Source of the DNA: a bacterium
GTDB lineage: Bacteria > Zhuqueibacterota > QNDG01 > CAYUAG01
Assembly: GCA_046483025.1 (NCBI GenBank)
Contig: JAWODZ010000110.1
Coordinates: 1-59,822 of the forward strand
Direction of reading: 5' to 3'
DNA length: 59,822 nucleotides
The position numbers and the translations under genes were made by a program. Under the pieces are notes generated by a model that did no database searches, was not told the DNA's origin, and saw nothing but the letters and a program-made list of their open reading frames with translations. Shown here one piece after another: positions 54,616-59,822 of the stretch (position 1 is its first letter; every line of letters starts with the position of its first letter).

Positions 54616-55987
54616 TATGGATCGTACAGAAAGAAAACTTGTAACCGTAACATTAACTCTCAATGATATAAATAAGGACAGATTTTTCTTCGGCTTACCA
54701 GAGAAAATATCAGATACTGAAAAAATCATCGAAAAACTTCAAGAAAAATATCAAACCAGTATTGGAACACTGAAAATAGAAGAAATTAAAAATAGGTTTG
54801 TGTTAACCTGGTCTCCAGAGAATGTTGATAAAAGAGCAGAAACTCTTCATCTGGAAGCACTTGAGTTTTCAAAATCAAATAAAAAAAATAAAGCAATTGA
54901 CTTATGGAGAAAAGCCCTTTCTATCAATGAAAATGATGTAGAATATCTTTATAAATTGTCTTTAATCTTATTTGAAGAAAAGAAATATTCCGAAACTATT
55001 GATGTGTTAAAAAAACTTGTATCAATATGTCCAATTCACTATAAAGGAAACTTACTTTTAGGCATTATCTTGATAAAATCCAGAAATTTTAATGAAGCAG
55101 CAGACTATTTAATAGCAAGTCAAAGACTGAATAAATCTGATGTGCTTAGTTATTTGAATTTAGGTGCAGTATATAGCATAAAAAAAGAGTTTAAAAAAGC
55201 AATTAATATGTTCAATAAAGTTATTCAAATAAATGATAAGGAATGTAGAGCTTATTTAGGATTATCAAAGATATATACAATGTTAAATGACGTTGATACG
55301 TCAAATAAATATTTACATAAAATAATTGAAACTTCTTCAGATACCAAAATGGTTAATTATGCGAAACGTTCTATAAAAACAGAAATTATAGAAAAACCAG
55401 AATACTCAGAATATCAAGAAATTAATGTTGACCACATTGAAGATTATATTTCAAGAGGAATCAGAAATTATTTATCAGGCAATTACAACCATGCTCAAAA
55501 ATTATATGAAAATTACTTACAAAAAAAACCCAATGATGACTATATCTGGTATTTACTTGGTGAAACACAGCTAAGAGAAGGAAAAATTGATGCTGCTTCT
55601 GATTGTTTTAAACGTGCAATTCGTTTAAACAACAAACGCCAAATTTATTATAAATCTTTATCAATTGCTTTTCATTTTCTTAACAAACCAAATGATGTTA
55701 TTGCTGTTCAAAAAAAATATCCCCGTCATGATGAAGATCCTGTAAGCATAACGATTTTAGGTATCAGTTATTTAAAAATTAATGATTTTAACAATGCGAT
55801 CAAATATTTAAAAAATTCTTTAAACATTTACCGTAACAATCCTTTAGCAACATACTATTTAGCATATGCATACATTAAGATCAATAACAATAAAGCTGCA
55901 ATAAAGATATTAAAAGATATTAAAAGATATAATCTACACATTCCCATAAAAGCAAGAATCAATAAATTATCTTCAAAACTAGGATAG
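54605..55987 (+). CDS. tetratricopeptide-repeat protein
   Basis: 460 aa with multiple TPR-like 34-residue repeats. An alternative start at ATG 54617 lies just after the folD stop. Confidence 0.7.
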   Translation: MENNMDRTERKLVTVTLTLNDINKDRFFFGLPEKISDTEKIIEKLQEKYQTSIGTLKIEEIKNRFVLTWSPENVDKRAETLHLEALEFSKSNKKNKAIDLWRKALSINENDVEYLYKLSLILFEEKKYSETIDVLKKLVSICPIHYKGNLLLGIILIKSRNFNEAADYLIASQRLNKSDVLSYLNLGAVYSIKKEFKKAINMFNKVIQINDKECRAYLGLSKIYTMLNDVDTSNKYLHKIIETSSDTKMVNYAKRSIKTEIIEKPEYSEYQEINVDHIEDYISRGIRNYLSGNYNHAQKLYENYLQKKPNDDYIWYLLGETQLREGKIDAASDCFKRAIRLNNKRQIYYKSLSIAFHFLNKPNDVIAVQKKYPRHDEDPVSITILGISYLKINDFNNAIKYLKNSLNIYRNNPLATYYLAYAYIKINNNKAAIKILKDIKRYNLHIPIKARINKLSSKLG

Positions 55988-56101
55988 AAGATTTGATAGT
56001 TGAAAAAGAGGTAAAATATCATATTTATTGGTTCGCATAAGTAATATTATGTTAACTAAACAATAATTTCGTGCTTATTTCTTCAAACCTTATGATATGT
56101 A

Positions 56102-57778
56102 TCATCTAAGATATAAGCAGGTTTGAATTGCTGAATTATCTTTCTGAATAAGCTTTAAAATATAAATTCCGGAGGCAAGTCTATCCGGTTTCCATTTTTC
56201 TTCATGAATACCTGATTCCACATATTCTTTCCCTAATTGATCAACAAGCTCTCCTTTTATATTGTATACATCAATCTTTATAAAACCAGGTGTATGTACT
56301 GAATATTTGAACATGGTAGAACTGTTAAAGGGATTGGGAAACGATGGGAATAACTTTATTGTATGTGGATAATGAGATTTGTCATCAAAAATATTGGTCT
56401 GAATATGTGCAATCTGGATTGAATCTCCGTCACTGAGGAAATGCAGTTTTCCGCCAATAATACCGGGATAGTTACTATTCTGCCCTTTAGCAAATCCCAT
56501 GTGTGTTACTGTATGGGAGTCTAATATATAAGTTAGTCCCTTTACTTTAAGCCAGCCTTCAGAATTAATAATAACTTCACTGTTAACATCCAGATACAAT
56601 GCCATAAATCCGGGATGAGTGGCAATTCCATACATACCGCCAATTAACCGATTTTCAAAATAATCATTATTTTGCCATAATTTTGGGATTATTACAGTCT
56701 GCGGAACTGTTTTTGTGCCTTCACGCTGTCCTAAATTGCCATACCAGGCATTAAGTTCATTTCCGGTCAGTTCTGTAATAACAATTTCACCTGAATCCGC
56801 CGTTGCTGCTTCAGAACCTTTTAAGATAACTTTACGTAACTGTGGTTCCGGAAGTGTATCAGATACACTAATGAGTCCTTGTCCGGGGGTTATCAGTGTT
56901 CGGTTGCGGAGATCATAAAGAGTACCATGTATGAGCTGATCAAAAGCTATATGGGTAAAATGTACCGGTTTGTGTGCCGTACATTCAATTTCTGATTCGT
57001 CAGTTTTATAAAGAATAGTAACTGTACCTTCACCATAACACATTGCGGTTGTATCGGATTCTATGCACAGAGCAGTATTATCAGCAACCCCAATACCAAT
57101 TATGTTTTTTTCACTGTGATCCTGAATCCTGCGAGCCAGCATTGGTATTAAACGCCCCAATCTTCCCCGGGAATGAAAATGAGAATCTGTTATTGCATCA
57201 GGTATTAGAGGCAGAAAATGATCAGACAAATGAACATCAGTATGATATGGATTATACGCTGCATCTTCAGGGTGACTTGTACCGTAACGAGCATCAAAAT
57301 CAACCATCCCCATAACTGCACATCCTGCACTGGTTCCGCCAACTGCTCCTCCCCTATCAAACACCTTCTGAATTGCTTCTTCAATTAATGTTCCCTCCCA
57401 TACACGAACATAATCATACTGATCGCCTCCTTCTATCCATATTCCGGATGCAGTGAGTAATTGATTGTAAATAGTTGAGTCATTAGCCTCAGCAGTAGTC
57501 TGGATACGAATACTGGTACTGGATGGATCTGCTCCGAAACTAATAAAAGTTTCAGCATAACTAGTAGCGACATCATCTACATCAATATTAATGATTTTTC
57601 CGGAATCAGCCTGCTGCACAAACCAGATGAAAGGTTCATCTGCCCAGCTTTTACGGTCATTTCCTCCGCCCATGACGAGAATTGATCCTCTTCCCATGAT
57701 TGTGCTGTTTAATACTATAATAAACAAAAACTTAATAACGATTATGCTAAATTTTTGAAAATTCATGAAAATCCTCAT
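56102..57778 (-). CDS. exported peptidase S51 / cyanophycinase-like protein with T9SS C-terminal sorting domain
   Basis: 558 aa with a signal peptide. S51-type motifs IWIEGGDQYDY and GGAVGGTSAGCAVMG. The C-terminus FPNPFNSSTMFKY...SGIYILKL is a T9SS CTD pattern. Confidence 0.68.
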   Translation of the reverse strand: MRIFMNFQKFSIIVIKFLFIIVLNSTIMGRGSILVMGGGNDRKSWADEPFIWFVQQADSGKIINIDVDDVATSYAETFISFGADPSSTSIRIQTTAEANDSTIYNQLLTASGIWIEGGDQYDYVRVWEGTLIEEAIQKVFDRGGAVGGTSAGCAVMGMVDFDARYGTSHPEDAAYNPYHTDVHLSDHFLPLIPDAITDSHFHSRGRLGRLIPMLARRIQDHSEKNIIGIGVADNTALCIESDTTAMCYGEGTVTILYKTDESEIECTAHKPVHFTHIAFDQLIHGTLYDLRNRTLITPGQGLISVSDTLPEPQLRKVILKGSEAATADSGEIVITELTGNELNAWYGNLGQREGTKTVPQTVIIPKLWQNNDYFENRLIGGMYGIATHPGFMALYLDVNSEVIINSEGWLKVKGLTYILDSHTVTHMGFAKGQNSNYPGIIGGKLHFLSDGDSIQIAHIQTNIFDDKSHYPHTIKLFPSFPNPFNSSTMFKYSVHTPGFIKIDVYNIKGELVDQLGKEYVESGIHEEKWKPDRLASGIYILKLIQKDNSAIQTCLYLR

Positions 57779-57786
57779 AAAATGTA

Positions 57787-59190
57787 CTAACTTCCAGCTT
57801 CAGTTTCATCTTCCCTGATTTTAGGAGCTATTGAGAATCCGGTAAAAGCATAAATCAAGGCAAATACAATACCCAGATAACAAAAAAAGGACCAGGGTGC
57901 ATAGGTAATTACCGGTACACCTAATGTACCGGACATATACACTCCTGCCATTGACCAGGGAACCAATGGAACAATTACAGTGCCTGAATCCTCTGTGGTT
58001 CGGGAAAGATTCTTAGCTGCTAATTTACGTTTTTTATAGGCCGGAGCAAAAAGCTCTCCGGGGATGAGAATAGTAAGGAATGAGCTTCCGGTCATAAAAG
58101 CTACTACTACTCCGCAAAGTGAAGTACTTGCTATAAGAGAACCAGTACTACGTGCAATTTTCAACAGTCTGTCCAGAATAACCTGCAGCATGCCTGCAGT
58201 GCGTACAATACCGGCAAAAGCAAAAGCACAAAAAGCAATAAGAGTTACTCCCATCATGGACATCATACCACCTCTGGAAAGAAGATTGTCTAACGTAGGA
58301 ACACCAGTATTTGCTTTGTAACCTTCTGTCATCACATTGAGTATATCAGCAAAAGAACCTCCTTGAAAAATAAGAGCGAGAAATGCAGCCAGAAAGGACG
58401 CCAGAATCATTCCCGGGATTGTAGGAAGCTTTTTTACAGCAAAAAACAGTATAACCACCGGAGGCAGTAATAAAAGAAAGTGAAAATTGAAATTCAGGGC
58501 AAGGGTATTAAGAATTAATTCCATTTTTTCCTGAGGCAGTGCCTGCTGTCTGTACTGCAAACCGATGAGAAAGTAGATTAAAAGCCCAATCAACCAGGCT
58601 GGGGTCGTGGTCCAGAGCATGTGTTTAATATGATCAAAAATATTACTTTTAGCAGCAATAGGAGCCAGATTTGTTGTATCAGAAAAAGGAGAAAGTTTAT
58701 CACCAAAATAAGCACCGGTGATTATAGCACCTGCTGCCGGGCCAGCTGGAATACCTAATCCCTGGGCAATTCCCATAAAAGCGACTCCCATAGTACCGAC
58801 TGTTCCCCAGGATGTACCGGTAAAAAGAGAAACAAAACTGCAAACCAGACAGGCAGTAAAAAGAAAATAAGAAGGAGAAATTATTTTAATGCCGTAAAAA
58901 ACCAGCATGGGAATAGTACCTGAGGCTATCCAGGATCCTACCAAAAGCCCCACACAGATGACAATGAGCATTGCCGGCATGGCTGATTTTATAGAATCAA
59001 CAATGCCAGTCTGTAATTCTTTCCACGTGTATCCAAGTAACCGGGCTATTATGCCACTGACAGCAGCTGAGCCAACCAGTAAAATTTCAGCAGAAATTCG
59101 GTAAACTCCATACCCTATCCCCAAAAAAAGTGCTATGGTAATTAATGGAATTAAACTAATAGTAAAAGACGATTTTTTATGCTCAACCAA
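57787..59190 (-). CDS. nhaC: Na+/H+ antiporter, NhaC family
   Basis: 467 aa, polytopic, with the NhaC-typical TGTSWGTVGTMGVAFMGIA motif. TTG start with GGGGAGGAG 8 nt upstream. Confidence 0.82.
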   Translation of the reverse strand: MVEHKKSSFTISLIPLITIALFLGIGYGVYRISAEILLVGSAAVSGIIARLLGYTWKELQTGIVDSIKSAMPAMLIVICVGLLVGSWIASGTIPMLVFYGIKIISPSYFLFTACLVCSFVSLFTGTSWGTVGTMGVAFMGIAQGLGIPAGPAAGAIITGAYFGDKLSPFSDTTNLAPIAAKSNIFDHIKHMLWTTTPAWLIGLLIYFLIGLQYRQQALPQEKMELILNTLALNFNFHFLLLLPPVVILFFAVKKLPTIPGMILASFLAAFLALIFQGGSFADILNVMTEGYKANTGVPTLDNLLSRGGMMSMMGVTLIAFCAFAFAGIVRTAGMLQVILDRLLKIARSTGSLIASTSLCGVVVAFMTGSSFLTILIPGELFAPAYKKRKLAAKNLSRTTEDSGTVIVPLVPWSMAGVYMSGTLGVPVITYAPWSFFCYLGIVFALIYAFTGFSIAPKIREDETEAGS

Positions 59191-59224
59191 AAATAAACTC
59201 CTCCCCTATTTTTTAAATTATATA

Positions 59225-59260
59225 AAAGGTGCCGTTTTGGATTCGAAAAGCGGCACCTTT
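59225..59260 (-). terminator. rho-independent terminator of the upstream T9SS-cargo gene
   Basis: 10-bp stem aaaggtgccg/cggcaccttt. On the minus strand it is followed by TTTTATATAATTT. Confidence 0.7.
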
Positions 59261-59285
59261 ATGTTATATGTTCAAAAGCAAGAAA

Positions 59286-59822
59286 TTACTTGATAAATAA
59301 CATCTTGCAGCTGAAAAATTCTTGCCCTACATCTAATCGATAGATATAGATACCGGAAGCGACAGGTTTGGAATACATGTCTGTTCCATCCCATGTGACC
59401 TGATACGTACCAGCAGACAACCTTCCGCTCTTCAGTGATTTAACTAATCTTCCTTTGAGATCGAATACTTTCAGTTCAATATCAGATTGTCTGGTCAGAT
59501 CAAACCTGATAGTGGTAGTTGGATTAAAAGGATTGGGATAGTTTGAATAGAGATTAAATTCTGCAGGTATGTTTGTATCATCCTGAGGTTTCAAACCAGT
59601 TGTTGTAGTGAGGATTTCAGGCATCCGAACCACACCATTTTCAAATGTTGCCACCCAGAGAGCTCCGGCATTGATTTTAACCAATTCAAGATTATCTGAG
59701 GGTAACTGTCCGCTGGTAGAAGCATTGGTATAGGTCGCATAACTCAGATCTGGTTTTATCTCAAGTAAACCGCCTCCGTTCGTCGCACACCAGATATGAC
59801 CGTTGCAGTCTGAGGCAAGGTC
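59286..59822 (-). CDS. partial (5'-truncated by the window end) beta-propeller-repeat protein with T9SS C-terminal sorting domain
   Basis: The frame stays open to nt 59822 (...DLASDCNGHIWCATNGGGLLEIKPDLSY...). The TTG at 59684 in the ORF track is internal. The CTD reads YPNPFNPTTTIRFDL...SGIYIYRL. Confidence 0.75.
   Translation of the reverse strand, partial: DLASDCNGHIWCATNGGGLLEIKPDLSYATYTNASTSGQLPSDNLELVKINAGALWVATFENGVVRMPEILTTTTGLKPQDDTNIPAEFNLYSNYPNPFNPTTTIRFDLTRQSDIELKVFDLKGRLVKSLKSGRLSAGTYQVTWDGTDMYSKPVASGIYIYRLDVGQEFFSCKMLFIK

Overview
This is an AT-rich, gene-dense bacterial chromosomal window with about 52 CDS and one tRNA. All calls come from reading the sequence and ORF translations by eye; no searches were run. 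Two exported proteins end in T9SS-type C-terminal sorting domains, which suggests an FCB-group lineage (Bacteroidota, Fibrobacterota or Cloacimonadota-like); this is inference only.

Layout:
- 1-8.1 kb: malQ plus two secreted glycoside hydrolases (GH3 with PA14, GH92 with a discoidin module), separated by hairpin or TIR repeat elements.
- 8.2-9.9 kb: AbiEi/AbiEii toxin-antitoxin pair.
- 10-14.7 kb: dGTPase-like HD protein, envelope proteins, a TrmH-family methyltransferase and an exported Pcm.
- 14.9-25.3 kb: signalling locus A. It holds two tandem hybrid histidine kinases, a degenerate kinase, an NtrC-type sigma-54 activator, a receiver, a REC-PAS-DHp protein lacking the ATPase domain, and a beta-barrel/TPR envelope protein. 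Three -24/-12 promoter matches lie in its intergenic gaps.
- 25.5-27.7 kb: R3H protein, a split orphan CheB, and MntA/HepT.
- 27.7-28.8 kb: a small GIY-YIG nuclease gene bracketed by four copies of a TGTCAT...ATGACA hairpin repeat.
- 28.8-36 kb: ggt, thiC, def, ptsI, gcvPB.
- 36-44 kb: signalling locus B. It holds REC-GGDEF, two sensor kinases and an NtrC-type activator, followed by a -24/-12 promoter, a CheY-like receiver, and an FtsZ-family GTPase fused C-terminally to a CheA-P1-like HPt domain.
- 44-56 kb: tRNA-Val, thrS-infC-rpmI-rplT-pheST, zapB-zapA, rny-ymdB, folD and a TPR protein.
- 56-59.8 kb: nhaC with a T9SS-exported cyanophycinase-like S51 peptidase, then a partial propeller protein.

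The best candidate for a previously undescribed system is the sigma-54-driven receiver plus FtsZ::HPt operon and its upstream sensory genes.
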